The translations under genes and the position numbers were made by a program. A stretch of 64,000 nucleotides of DNA from an uncultured Spirochaetota bacterium. Its GTDB lineage: Bacteria > Spirochaetota > Spirochaetia > SZUA-6 > Fen-1364. The stretch lies in the NCBI GenBank assembly GCA_963734545.1, contig CAVTHO010000007.1, positions 1 through 64,000 of the forward strand, in the 5' to 3' direction. The number at the start of each line of letters is the position of its first letter. Position 1 is the stretch's first letter. The notes beneath the pieces are model-generated. The model was not told the DNA's origin, searched no databases, and was given only the letters and a program-made list of their open reading frames with translations. Shown here piece after piece: positions 20,096-29,476 of this stretch.

Positions 20096-21154
20096 ATGAG
20101 GCCGGAGTCCGGGGAGAACAGGACGTTCACCGCCGCGGCGAGGGTGCTCCTCGTCATCTTCGCCGTCGTCTCCGTCTATCCCTTCTTCTGGATGTGCATG
20201 AGCGCGCTCAAGGAGACGAGGGAGATCTTCCTGAGCCCGACAAGCCTCCCGAGCAGGATCGATCTGCGTCTCTTCGCCCGAACGTGGCAGACGGCCAACC
20301 TCGGAATGGCCTTCTTCAACAGCCTTCTCTCGACTGCCGTGGCCGTTTCGGTCGTGGTGCTCACGTCATCGTTTGCAGCTTTTGCCCTCGCGCGAATGCG
20401 CTTCAGGGGGAAGAGACTCCTCCTCGGCGTCTTCGTCAGCGGACAGATAGTTTCTGCGCAGATAGTCCTCGTTCCCCTCTTCGCCCTCTACATCCGCCTC
20501 CAGTGGTTCGACACGCTGGCCTCCCTCGTGTCCGCGTGCATCGCCTTCGGGATAGGTCTGGGAGTCCTCGCCTGGGCGGGCATCGGCAACTTCCGCCGCC
20601 TGTTCGCAGACCCTGTCTTCTGGCACTCCCTGAAAAACACGCTGATCTGGGTGGTGATGTCGGGCACCGTACTTTCTGTTTCCGGCCTTCTGCTGGCGTT
20701 CCTCGTGGAATACGGGACGAAGGCGAAGTGGCTGTCCAGCATTTCCCGCACCGTCCTCTTCATGCCCATGATGATGTCCCTCGTTTCGGTGGGGCTCCTG
20801 TGGACGCTGATCTACAACCCGATGCTCGGACTGCTCTCGAACCTCCTGTCCGCCCTGCACCTCGCTGACAAGGCCAATCCACTCGATTTTCTTGGAACGC
20901 CGAAAGCGGCGTTGTACTTCGCTTTTGTCCCCGCGATCTGGCAATGGTCGGGCTTCGGCATGGTGGTCTTCTCCGCCGCGCTCCAGGGCATCCCGCAGGA
21001 GCTCTTCGACGCATCGGCCATCGATGGCGCGAGCACCGCGCGGCAACTCCGGCACATCACGCTCCCGCTGCTGTACCCCGCGATAGCAGGGGAAGCGTTC
21101 GTTCGGGCATGCGGTGCGCCACTCGTGCGCATCGCATGCTCTCTTGCAGATTGA
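20096..21154 (+). pseudogene. Chimeric and truncated CUT1 ABC permease (MalG-like N-half fused to a MalF-like middle)
   Basis: YPFFWM..SALK...FFNS..S...AAFALAR (MalG-type), then AGIGNFRRLF.DP.FW.SLKNT (MalF-type). Similarity ends just after the EAA motif. Confidence 0.65.
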
Positions 21155-21272
21155 TTGGCGATTGCCGAGCAGGACACGGCCCCGCACACAAGACTCGCAA
21201 CGCCGCCAGTGCACGGGGCAAGGAGCTCGGCCTCACGGAGGACGAGCTCCATTCAGCCCAAACCGCCACCCT

Positions 21273-21668
21273 TCATGCTGACTGCGGCTGCCCTCCGGCG
21301 GCCTTGATACCAATGCCCGCGTAAGGGGACATTTCTCGGATCTCTGTTTCCATGGCGTAGGAAGGCCCCATGATCTTCGCGTGGACTTCCAAGAACTCAC
21401 GGGCGAGCTCAAGCGCCTGCTCGCGCGACTTCACTTCTACCAGGGCGTAGCCTCCGACCAGCTCCTTGGACTCGGCGAAAGGTCCGTCGATCACCCGGAC
21501 CTTGCCCCTGGCCAGGGACAGCGCCGTCACACCCATCTCCATCCCGCCGGTCTGCAGCATGACACCTGCTTTCATGGTCTTCTCCGTGAGCGCCCCGATA
21601 GCTGCCATCAGCTCGGGGGTGGGCGGGGTCTGGCTGCGATCACTCTTCACGGTCATCAGAAACTGCAT
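21273..21668 (-). CDS. YciI/DGPF family protein
   Basis: VIDGPFAESKELVGGYALV. Confidence 0.9.
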   Translation of the reverse strand: MQFLMTVKSDRSQTPPTPELMAAIGALTEKTMKAGVMLQTGGMEMGVTALSLARGKVRVIDGPFAESKELVGGYALVEVKSREQALELAREFLEVHAKIMGPSYAMETEIREMSPYAGIGIKAAGGQPQSA

Positions 21669-21691
21669 GTCTTTGTCTCCTTCGTACGATC

Positions 21692-21718
21692 GACGAACAG
21701 TCGTCCCGGAAATCGACA
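21692..21718 (-). promoter_or_regulatory. ECF42-type sigma factor promoter
   Basis: TGTCGA-N17-CGTC immediately upstream of a DGPF gene. Confidence 0.6.
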
Positions 21719-21848
21719 TGGTACAGAGTTTTTCTTGTCAAATCTCACTATGGTCGGCGACGTGATACGGGCAATACCCCGGTGATGACGGCCTTTTTCG
21801 ATCCACCGGGGATAGCGCTGCGTAGATACAGGGTAAAGGAGGACGTAA

Positions 21849-22232
21849 ATGAAGACCCTTCGGTATCTTCTCATTCTAATCCCGCTGGCCTTTGCCGGCT
21901 GCGCCAGTGTTCCGACAACCAGGGCGGAGGCGACGCCCGGGTCCGGGACTCTCGCCATGAAGGCAGGCAACTTCGATTTTGATCCGAACATTGTGTCTAT
22001 CACCGGAACGGGAACACTGACGCTGACAATCACAAACATAACGAGCACCGGGCACAGCATCGTCATAAAGGATCCAGGTGGAAAGGTCCTCGACAGCGCC
22101 GACTTGCCGCCGAACGGGATCGTCACGACGCTGGTCACATTCCCTGCTCCGGGTGACTACTACTTCTATTGCAGCCATCCCTTTCACGAGGGCTTTGGCA
22201 TGAAGGGACACTTCATCGTCACCGGAGGCTGA
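21849..22232 (+). CDS. Cupredoxin (type-1 copper) lipoprotein
   Basis: Lipobox LAFAGC, upstream His (GHS) and C-terminal CSHPFHEGFGM ligand loop. Confidence 0.85.
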   Translation: MKTLRYLLILIPLAFAGCASVPTTRAEATPGSGTLAMKAGNFDFDPNIVSITGTGTLTLTITNITSTGHSIVIKDPGGKVLDSADLPPNGIVTTLVTFPAPGDYYFYCSHPFHEGFGMKGHFIVTGG

Positions 22233-22272
22233 TCATTTGCCTCGGACACATTGCCAAGGTACTCATTCCAGC

Positions 22273-23589
22273 TCACGGAGCAGCGCTGACCGTCAGGGTG
22301 AGCTGGTAGCTCACGTCGGTGCCGTCCTTCGGGAGGACGGACACGAGGTAGTCCCGGTTGCTCGAGGGCGCAAGCTCGAGCCGATCAGAGGCCGCCTCGC
22401 CGGAAAGGTCGTTGACGGCAACGACGTCGCTCCCGGAGATGAGGCCGATGGTCTTGAGACTTGCGCCGTTCCCCGTCGACTCGAGCGATACCTTGACCTT
22501 CCAACCTGCCAGTGCCCGAACGATGTAATCGACTGGGAGGCCCGCTGGAGTCGAACCACTGCGCGTTACGGTTCCCCCACCGGGCCGGGGCCTCACGAGC
22601 GCAGGGACCATCACGGAAAGCTCATAGCTCGCAGCCATACCCCGGTTTTTCTCCTGCACAAGGAGCTCCTGCGACTTCGAGAGGACGGTGGTCCAGACCG
22701 ATCTCTCGAGGGAACCGGGTTGAAGCACTGTACCGTCGGGGAGCGAGGTGATGACCAGCGATGGGTCGTTCCCGGCCTGTCCGAGGGCGGTGAGCACGAC
22801 CAGTTGGCCGGCCTCTGCGCCAAGGACGTAACTTCCGCTGGCCCCGGCGGCGAGGCTGCCTTTCACCAGGATGCGGGTCGCTCCCCGGGCAAACTTGAGG
22901 GTCACCGCGTCGAAGGGTACCACCGCCTGAGACACAGCCGCCTCCGGCGGCGCGTCCGTGAAACGGATGGAGCGCGCGATTGTTCCCGCTTGGTCGTAGT
23001 AGGCCTGCAGTTGATCGTGTGAAAGCCCCGGCAGGGTGTTCTCGTCCCGATAGCTCGAGCCATACTCGGCCTGTTCCACCGCGTAGCAGGCGCCGTTGTG
23101 GATGATGCGGTAGCTCGTGACAACGGTGTACTTCATCATCCCGGCGTCGCTCGTGGTCCCCACCTTGAACGGAAGGCCTCCAATGGTCACGTCCCTTGGG
23201 GTGTAATTGTTCGGTTCGGCCTGGATGTCCTCGTAGCAGTCGGCGGTGTCGGGAGAGACGCCCACTGAGACCCACGCGGTGAAGAAGAGGGGATAGGGGT
23301 AGGGCTTCGTGCTGTCGTGATCGATGTTGACCACCGGAATGGTGACGATTGCAGTCCCCGCCTCGGATCCTCCGTTGGCAGACGCCGCAGCGCTCCAGGT
23401 CTCGCCGCCCTCCGCCGGGGATAGATCCGCCGGGTACTGGAGGGTGAAGGAGTAATCTTGATTCCTGTAGGTGGCGAGCGCTCCGCCTGACGGAGACGGT
23501 GCCCCCTGCGCGAAGAGCGCACTGGCTCCGGGCAGCGCCAGGAAAGCAAGGACGCAAGACACTGACAGCAGCCCCTGAGCACGGTTCAT
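22273..23589 (-). CDS. Secreted protein with two C-terminal PliG/PPC-like beta-sandwich repeats
   Basis: Signal peptide. Repeats LKFARGA...VKGSL...SYVLGAEAGQ and VRPRPGG...RSGS...DYIVRALAGW. Confidence 0.6.
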   Translation of the reverse strand: MNRAQGLLSVSCVLAFLALPGASALFAQGAPSPSGGALATYRNQDYSFTLQYPADLSPAEGGETWSAAASANGGSEAGTAIVTIPVVNIDHDSTKPYPYPLFFTAWVSVGVSPDTADCYEDIQAEPNNYTPRDVTIGGLPFKVGTTSDAGMMKYTVVTSYRIIHNGACYAVEQAEYGSSYRDENTLPGLSHDQLQAYYDQAGTIARSIRFTDAPPEAAVSQAVVPFDAVTLKFARGATRILVKGSLAAGASGSYVLGAEAGQLVVLTALGQAGNDPSLVITSLPDGTVLQPGSLERSVWTTVLSKSQELLVQEKNRGMAASYELSVMVPALVRPRPGGGTVTRSGSTPAGLPVDYIVRALAGWKVKVSLESTGNGASLKTIGLISGSDVVAVNDLSGEAASDRLELAPSSNRDYLVSVLPKDGTDVSYQLTLTVSAAP

Positions 23590-23826
23590 GCTCGCCGCCT
23601 TTCCATTGCCCACCGGGGCAGGCGCCCTGCCCGAAACTGCGCAGTCTGACGCGAACCCGGTGACGGTTTCCCATTCAATATCCGGCTGGGATCCTGGAAG
23701 GTCAACGGATCGGCCTTTGTGGGTGATTTCCGTCAAAAAGCATATCTCCGGGCCGCGCGTCGGCGTTCAGGCTGTGTCGAGGAGGAGCCATTTCTCTCGG
23801 CAGGCGTACGCTGCCGCATCTTTCAG

Positions 23827-23855
23827 TTGACGCGTGGGCGTCCATCGGCCATAAT
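23827..23855 (+). promoter_or_regulatory. Sigma70 promoter of the beta-propeller operon
   Basis: TTGACG-17-CATAAT, then an AAGGAG RBS. Confidence 0.6.
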
Positions 23856-23893
23856 CGGAGGCGAAAACCTTCCATAACATAAAGGAGCTTGTC

Positions 23894-25114
23894 ATGCGCC
23901 GCTTCGTCCTCGTTCTGCTGGCCGTTGTCTCCTGCTGGTCACTGTTCGCGAGTGATTCAACGCCATCCGATATGTCGGGCCCGTCGTGGCCCACATGGCG
24001 GGGGCCAAACGGCAACGGCATTGTTGCGCTTTCGGCGTCTCCCGCGGCGGTTACCAAGGGCAATATTCTCTGGACCGCATCCGTGGGAGAGGGTTACAGC
24101 GCGACGTGCGTTGCCGGCAATTACGTGTTTACCGCGGGCAGAGTGGCCAGGAACGACACCGTCGTTTGCCTGGATGCGAAGACCGGCAACACGGTGTGGA
24201 GCACCGGTGTGGAGAGCACCTCCGGCGAGATGCCGGGCACGCGTTTCATGCCGGTATTCAGTGAGGGCAAGCTCTACTGCATCACCCGGGACGGCAAGGC
24301 GTTCTGCCTCAATGCCATCGACGGCGCTCTCTTGTGGAAGACCGACATTGCCAAAGAAGCAGGCGCGAGGATGCCGCGGTGGGGATTTGCCGCCTCAGCT
24401 GTCTTCTGGAGAGACCTCATCCTGTACAACGTCGGCGAGTGGGGAAGCGCGGTACGGAAGGATGACGGCAAGCTTGTGTGGAAAAGCCCTCCCACCGCGT
24501 CCGGATACTCGCCGCTCGTCCCTTTTACCTGGAAGGACAAGAGCTACGCGGCCGTGTTCGGCTCCGACAAGCTGTACGTCGCGGACCTGGAGACCGGTGC
24601 CAAAATCGCCTCTACGGAATGGTACACGGGCTATAACGTAAACGTTGCAGATCCGCTTGTCGTTGGAAACCGCATCTTTGTCACGTCGGACTACGGAAAA
24701 GGCGCTGGCTTGTTCGAGTTTGACGGCAAGGACCTGAAGCAGGTCTGGCAAAACGAGCTGCTCAAGAGCCACTTCTCCTCCGTGGTTTACCTGGACGGCT
24801 TCATCTATGGAAACGACGGGGACGCGAACGCCGCGACCGGAGACTTTGTGTGCCTGGATTTCGACACCGGCAAGGAGATGTGGCGCCATACCAGCAACGT
24901 GGGCAGTCTCATCGCGGTGAAGAACGGACTTCTCACTCTGAATCAATTCGCCCAGCTGACTCTTGTGAGTGCGGATCCCAGGAAGTACAGGGAGCTGGCG
25001 TCGAACAAGAAGATCTCCCGGGGTTTCTTCTGGCCTGCACCGACCCTGGCGGGAGGAAGGCTCTATCTGAGGTCCAACTCCGGCGATGTCGTGTGCGTGG
25101 AGATGCCGGAGTAA
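23894..25114 (+). CDS. PQQ-like beta-propeller repeat protein 1 (Sec signal)
   Basis: WPTWRGPNGNG and repeated CLDA.TG..VW blades. Confidence 0.88.
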   Translation: MRRFVLVLLAVVSCWSLFASDSTPSDMSGPSWPTWRGPNGNGIVALSASPAAVTKGNILWTASVGEGYSATCVAGNYVFTAGRVARNDTVVCLDAKTGNTVWSTGVESTSGEMPGTRFMPVFSEGKLYCITRDGKAFCLNAIDGALLWKTDIAKEAGARMPRWGFAASAVFWRDLILYNVGEWGSAVRKDDGKLVWKSPPTASGYSPLVPFTWKDKSYAAVFGSDKLYVADLETGAKIASTEWYTGYNVNVADPLVVGNRIFVTSDYGKGAGLFEFDGKDLKQVWQNELLKSHFSSVVYLDGFIYGNDGDANAATGDFVCLDFDTGKEMWRHTSNVGSLIAVKNGLLTLNQFAQLTLVSADPRKYRELASNKKISRGFFWPAPTLAGGRLYLRSNSGDVVCVEMPE

Positions 25115-25127
25115 GCTTCCGCATGAC

Positions 25128-26550
25128 GTGAAGACTCGCATCGCATTTTCCGCCGGGCTGGCTCTCTTCTGCGCGGTGGCCGTGACAGTGTTCGTTTCCT
25201 GGGACGCGCCCCGGCGCACGCTTGCCCTGCGGGAGCCCGGAGCGGACAAGCCCGGCTGACGGCGGGGGCGCACGGAGCGAACCGAGCTCAGGCCTATCCA
25301 TTGGAAGGGACTTCAGCTTCTTCCGAACCCTTGGCGCGACCGTTCCCGGATTCTGGCCGGGATTCCGCGGGCCCAACAAAGACAATATTGCGCCCTTGGA
25401 GAGCAGGCTTTCGGACCTGCAGGATTTTGGTCCTGGGCGCATCCTCTGGTCGGTCACCGCGCTGGGAGAGGGTCACGCGGGCGCGGCGGTCTCGGACGGC
25501 CGCGTGTATCTGCTCGACTACGATGAGACACACAAGGCAGAGGCGCTGCGCTGCCTGTCCCTGGATGACGGAAGCGAGCTATGGCGGCGGACCTATCCGG
25601 CGCGGATGAAGAGGAACCACGGCTATTCGCGCACGGTTCCCGCGATCTGGGACCGCTACGTGGTCACCATCGGCCCGCTGTGTGACGTGATGTGCGTTGA
25701 CCGCGTTACGGGAGATCTCATCTGGACGCTGGATGCGGCAAAAACCTACGGCTCCACGGTCCCCCTTTGGTACGCGGGGCAGTGTCCGTTCATAGAAGAC
25801 GGCACGCTGATCCTCAACGTGGGCGGAAGCATCCTTGTGGCCTGCATCGACGTGGCAACGGGACAAGCGCTCTGGACCGTGCCCAATCCGGACAAGGCAC
25901 TTCTGACTCATGCCTCGGTTGCGCGGATGCTGTACGGCGGCAAGACCATTTATCTCTGTGTCTTCTCCACGGGGCTGTTCGGCATCCGTCCGCCTGTTGC
26001 GGGAACACGCCAGGGGGCCATCGCTTTCACAGTCCCCGGCTGGAGACCGCAGGTCGAGGTGCCGACTCCGATCGCGCTGCCGGACAACCGCATTTACCTC
26101 ACGGCTGGTTTTGGAGCTGGCAACATCCTGGTGCAGATCTCTTCGGCAGGGGCAACAGTGATTGCGCAGCACCCGCCGGGGGAAGGACTCTCCTCAGAGC
26201 AACAGACGCCCATTCTCCGGGACGGACTCCTGTACGGGGTTGAAACCGCGGACTCGGGGGAGTTGCACGATCAGCTCGTGTGCGCGCGGCCCGGCGGTGC
26301 TATTGTATGGGCAAGCGGAAAGGCCGCGAGGTTCGGCCTGGGTCCGTATCTCCTTGCGGACGGGAAGCTCTTTCTCTTGAGTGAAACGGGTACCCTGACC
26401 GTGGTGGAGGCGACACCGGCCGGATATCGCGAGCTTTCCAGAAACCGCGTGCTTCAGGGGGTAGACGCCTGGGGCCCCATGGCGGTTGCCGGGACCCGGC
26501 TCTTGCTCAGGGATTCCCGGAGGCTTCTTTGCATCGATATCAAGGGGTAG
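25128..26550 (+). CDS. PQQ-like beta-propeller repeat protein 2 with N-terminal TM (frameshift near 25225)
   Basis: GTG 25128 gives MKTRIAFSAGLALFCAVAVTVF. Second frame has WPGFRGPNKDN, LGEGHAGAAV.DGRVYLLDYD and RNHGYSRTVPA. Confidence 0.82.
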
Positions 26551-26552
26551 GT

Positions 26553-27593
26553 GTGGGCAAGATGGGTCAGAAGCTTGGATGGGCGGTCGTGGGCGCCCTG
26601 GCAGGGGCTATGCTCTGCGTTGCCGCTGCGGTTATTTTTCTGGTCATGCCGACTGCGCGGGCAAAGGCGCAGCCGCCCGTTGCCAGGGCGCCGTCGCTTC
26701 CCGCGACACTGAGAAACTATGCGCGCACCGGAGGCTTTGCATTTGCTGATGGCACCGGGGCAATCGACATCGCAGTCGGGCCGAGGGGGCTCTATGTCAC
26801 CTGCGCAAAGGGCTATCAGGTGTGGACCTTCGACGGCCTCTCCGCGCCAGCGGGCGCCTCTCCTGCAATGACGCAGTCAGTCTCCACCTCGATCCAGCCC
26901 TGGGGCCTTGCGGTCGATTCGGATGGGACCGTGTACCTCGGCATGGACCGTCACATCGAGGTCAGGGACAGAGAAGGCGCCGTAATCCAGGAGTGGGCGG
27001 AGCTGGGAAGGGACGCGCGCATCCAGGCGCTCGCCGTGGACGCACGGTTCGTGTATGCAACCGACGGCCAGGAGAAAAGCGTTTATCAGTTCACAAAGCG
27101 AGGTCAGCTGGTTCGCCGTATCGGAGACAGGAACGCGGCCGCTGGCATTCCCGCCTTCGTGGTGCCGGGAATCCACTTCGATCTTCTCTCTACGAACGCT
27201 GCGGACGCCACACTCATCATTGTCTCAAACCCCGGCAGGCACAGCGTTGAGTATTTCAGACCTGACGGCACTCTTGCCTCTTTGTGGACGCGCACAAGCG
27301 ACGACTGGGACGGGTTCACCGGCTGCTGCAATCCCGGGTCAATCGCCTTCTTACGGGGGGGAACCGGAGGCGCTTTAACCGACCTCCTGTTCACTGCAGA
27401 AAAGGGAATACCCCGAGTGAAGGCGTACCGGCTGGACGGCAGGCTCGAATCCGTAGTTGAAGGTCCGGAGGACTTCCTTCCCGACGTGGACGGTGTGGAG
27501 ATCGCGGTCACGCCTGACGGACGTGTTCTTGTGCTGGACCCGGACCGGCAGGAGCTTCGGATCTTCAGCCGCCTGCAGGGGACGGGCGCATGA
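26553..27593 (+). CDS. Membrane-anchored NHL-like beta-propeller with a GCCNP motif
   Basis: N-terminal TM. PWGLAVDSDGTVYL and IAVTPDGRVLVLD blades; FTGCCNPG. Confidence 0.75.
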   Translation: MGKMGQKLGWAVVGALAGAMLCVAAAVIFLVMPTARAKAQPPVARAPSLPATLRNYARTGGFAFADGTGAIDIAVGPRGLYVTCAKGYQVWTFDGLSAPAGASPAMTQSVSTSIQPWGLAVDSDGTVYLGMDRHIEVRDREGAVIQEWAELGRDARIQALAVDARFVYATDGQEKSVYQFTKRGQLVRRIGDRNAAAGIPAFVVPGIHFDLLSTNAADATLIIVSNPGRHSVEYFRPDGTLASLWTRTSDDWDGFTGCCNPGSIAFLRGGTGGALTDLLFTAEKGIPRVKAYRLDGRLESVVEGPEDFLPDVDGVEIAVTPDGRVLVLDPDRQELRIFSRLQGTGA

Positions 27594-27799
27594 ACCGCCG
27601 CGAGTTCTTTGCCACACTGGGGCGCATCGCGGCTGCCGGCGCCCTGGCCGCGGTCGGAGTGAAGGTCGCGCGGAAGGCCGGAAACTCCGCGGCAAGCGCC
27701 GCGTGCCGCAACGAGGGTTGGTGCGCGCCCTGCCAGATTGCCGCAACCTGCGGCCTTCCGCGCGCCCTGTCCTTCCGCCAGAAAGGGGATACCTCATGA
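27590..27799 (+). CDS. Small Tat-signal four-Cys protein
   Basis: MNRREFF twin-arginine motif, C-x5-C-x2-C-x5-C, ATGA overlaps at both ends. Confidence 0.7.
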   Translation: MNRREFFATLGRIAAAGALAAVGVKVARKAGNSAASAACRNEGWCAPCQIAATCGLPRALSFRQKGDTS

Positions 27800-28374
27800 A
27801 CCGCCGCCGCTTCCTGGGTCTGATAGGGAGGGCGGGGGCTGTCGCGGCTGCGGCCTGGATTGGCTTTCGGGCCTTTGGCGCGGATCTCTTCAGACCGACG
27901 CCCTCCACGGTATGGCAGATCGATCCGGATCTGTGCATCGGTTGTGACCGATGTCGGACCGCCTGCGTTCTTCTGCCTTCCGCGGTGAAATGCGTCCAGG
28001 CCTATTCCCAGTGCGGATACTGCGATCTTTGCGGCGCGTACTTCCAGCCCAAGACAAAGGAGCGCACCACGGGGGCGGAGAACCAGATCTGTCCTACCGG
28101 TGCCATCAAGAGAACTTTTGTGGAGGATCCCTACTTCGAGTACAAGATTGTGGAGGACCTGTGCGTTGCGTGCGCGAAGTGCGTCGTAGGGTGTGCTGCA
28201 TTCGGAAATGCCTCCCTGTTCCTCCAGATCAAGCATGACCGATGCACCGGCTGCAACGAATGCGCGATTGCGCGCGTCTGCCCTGCGAAGGCCATAACCC
28301 GAGTGCCCAGAAGCCAGCCATACAAGCTCCGCCAACATTCCGTGGCTGCGGGTCGGGGAGTTGACCGTGCCTGA
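27796..28374 (+). CDS. Tat-exported polyferredoxin (up to four 4Fe-4S clusters; NapG/MauM-like architecture)
   Basis: MNRRRFL. CIGCDRCRTAC, CGYCDLC...CP, CVACAKCVVGC and CTGCNEC....VCP. Confidence 0.88.
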   Translation: MNRRRFLGLIGRAGAVAAAAWIGFRAFGADLFRPTPSTVWQIDPDLCIGCDRCRTACVLLPSAVKCVQAYSQCGYCDLCGAYFQPKTKERTTGAENQICPTGAIKRTFVEDPYFEYKIVEDLCVACAKCVVGCAAFGNASLFLQIKHDRCTGCNECAIARVCPAKAITRVPRSQPYKLRQHSVAAGRGVDRA

Positions 28375-29476
28375 CATAGTCCAGAACCGTTTCCCGAGAC
28401 CCGAGTTTGAGGGAAACTACACGATTCCCCAGGTTCAGGTCCCGGTTCCGCGCTCGGATTGGTGGCTCGCTGCGGACGTTCTGGTCCTGGCCGCGGCGCT
28501 CGGGCTTTCAATCCTTGCGATCTTCAAGTGGAAAAGCCGCAGGGCGCAGGTCCTGATCGGAGCGGGAAGCGTGGCGTATTTCGGCTTCTTCCGCAGGGGC
28601 TGCATCTGCCCCGTGGGAAGCGTCCAGAATGTCGCGCAGGCCCTTGCGGATCCTTTGTTCGTCCTGCCGGTCCTCGCGCTTCTTTTCTTCCTCCTGCCCT
28701 TGGCCGCAGCGCTGTGGAAGGGGAGGGCCTTCTGCGGCTCTGTCTGTCCCTTTGGAGCGCTCCAGGAGCTGGTCCACGTGCGCACAATCCGGGTTCCTCC
28801 TGTCGTGGACGCGGCGCTCAGACCCCTGCCCGCCGTGTATCTGGCAACCGCGGTTCTTGCCGCCACTACGGGGATCGGATACCTGATATGCCGGATAGAT
28901 CCCTTTGTCGGTGTGTTCCGGCTGAGCGCGCCGCTGGTGCCGGCCCTGCTCGGCGTCCTGGTGTTCGGTGCAGGGCTCGTGGTCTATCGACCCTATTGTC
29001 GTTATGTCTGCCCCTATGGATGGCTCCTGGGCTGCGCTTCGCTTCTGGCGGCGCAGCCGCCGCGCATTGGAGAGGCGAAGTGCACTCAGTGCGGCGCCTG
29101 CGCGCGTGTATGTCTGGCGGATGCAATACAGGTACCGGGGAAAAGGCTGGCGGCGGAGCGGCGGCCGCCATGGCGCACAGCGGCAAGCGCGGCGGGCTTC
29201 CTGGCAGCCGGCGCGGCAGCCGGTCTTTCGGTCGGGCCTTTTTTTGCCGGCCTCTCCGCGGGCGCGCAGTTGCGGGCACCGGTAGTCCGCCTGGCTGCCC
29301 TGATGTGGGGCTTGTTCCTGGGCCTTGTGTTCTTCGGCTATCATCATGCCTCCGTCATGCGGTCTGCCCGCGGGGAATCGAACCGATATCAGATCATGCC
29401 GAACAGGTGCGTGCATTGCGGGAGATGCATGACGGCGTGCCCGTTCCCTCGTGCGGCGCGCAAGGGGGAAATGTGA
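28361..29476 (+). CDS. Integral-membrane 4Fe-4S protein (NapH/MauN/YccM-like)
   Basis: Several TM helices. GCICP, FCGSVCP and YCRYVCP, plus CTQCGACARVC and CVHCGRCMTACP. Confidence 0.88.
   Translation: MTVPDIVQNRFPRPEFEGNYTIPQVQVPVPRSDWWLAADVLVLAAALGLSILAIFKWKSRRAQVLIGAGSVAYFGFFRRGCICPVGSVQNVAQALADPLFVLPVLALLFFLLPLAAALWKGRAFCGSVCPFGALQELVHVRTIRVPPVVDAALRPLPAVYLATAVLAATTGIGYLICRIDPFVGVFRLSAPLVPALLGVLVFGAGLVVYRPYCRYVCPYGWLLGCASLLAAQPPRIGEAKCTQCGACARVCLADAIQVPGKRLAAERRPPWRTAASAAGFLAAGAAAGLSVGPFFAGLSAGAQLRAPVVRLAALMWGLFLGLVFFGYHHASVMRSARGESNRYQIMPNRCVHCGRCMTACPFPRAARKGEM

Noticed and set aside
23640-23736. Possible HepT/DUF86 toxin remnant (QPDIEWETVTGF) on the minus strand
   Set aside because: The resemblance is only about 12 aa, with no RxxxxH motif or partner antitoxin.
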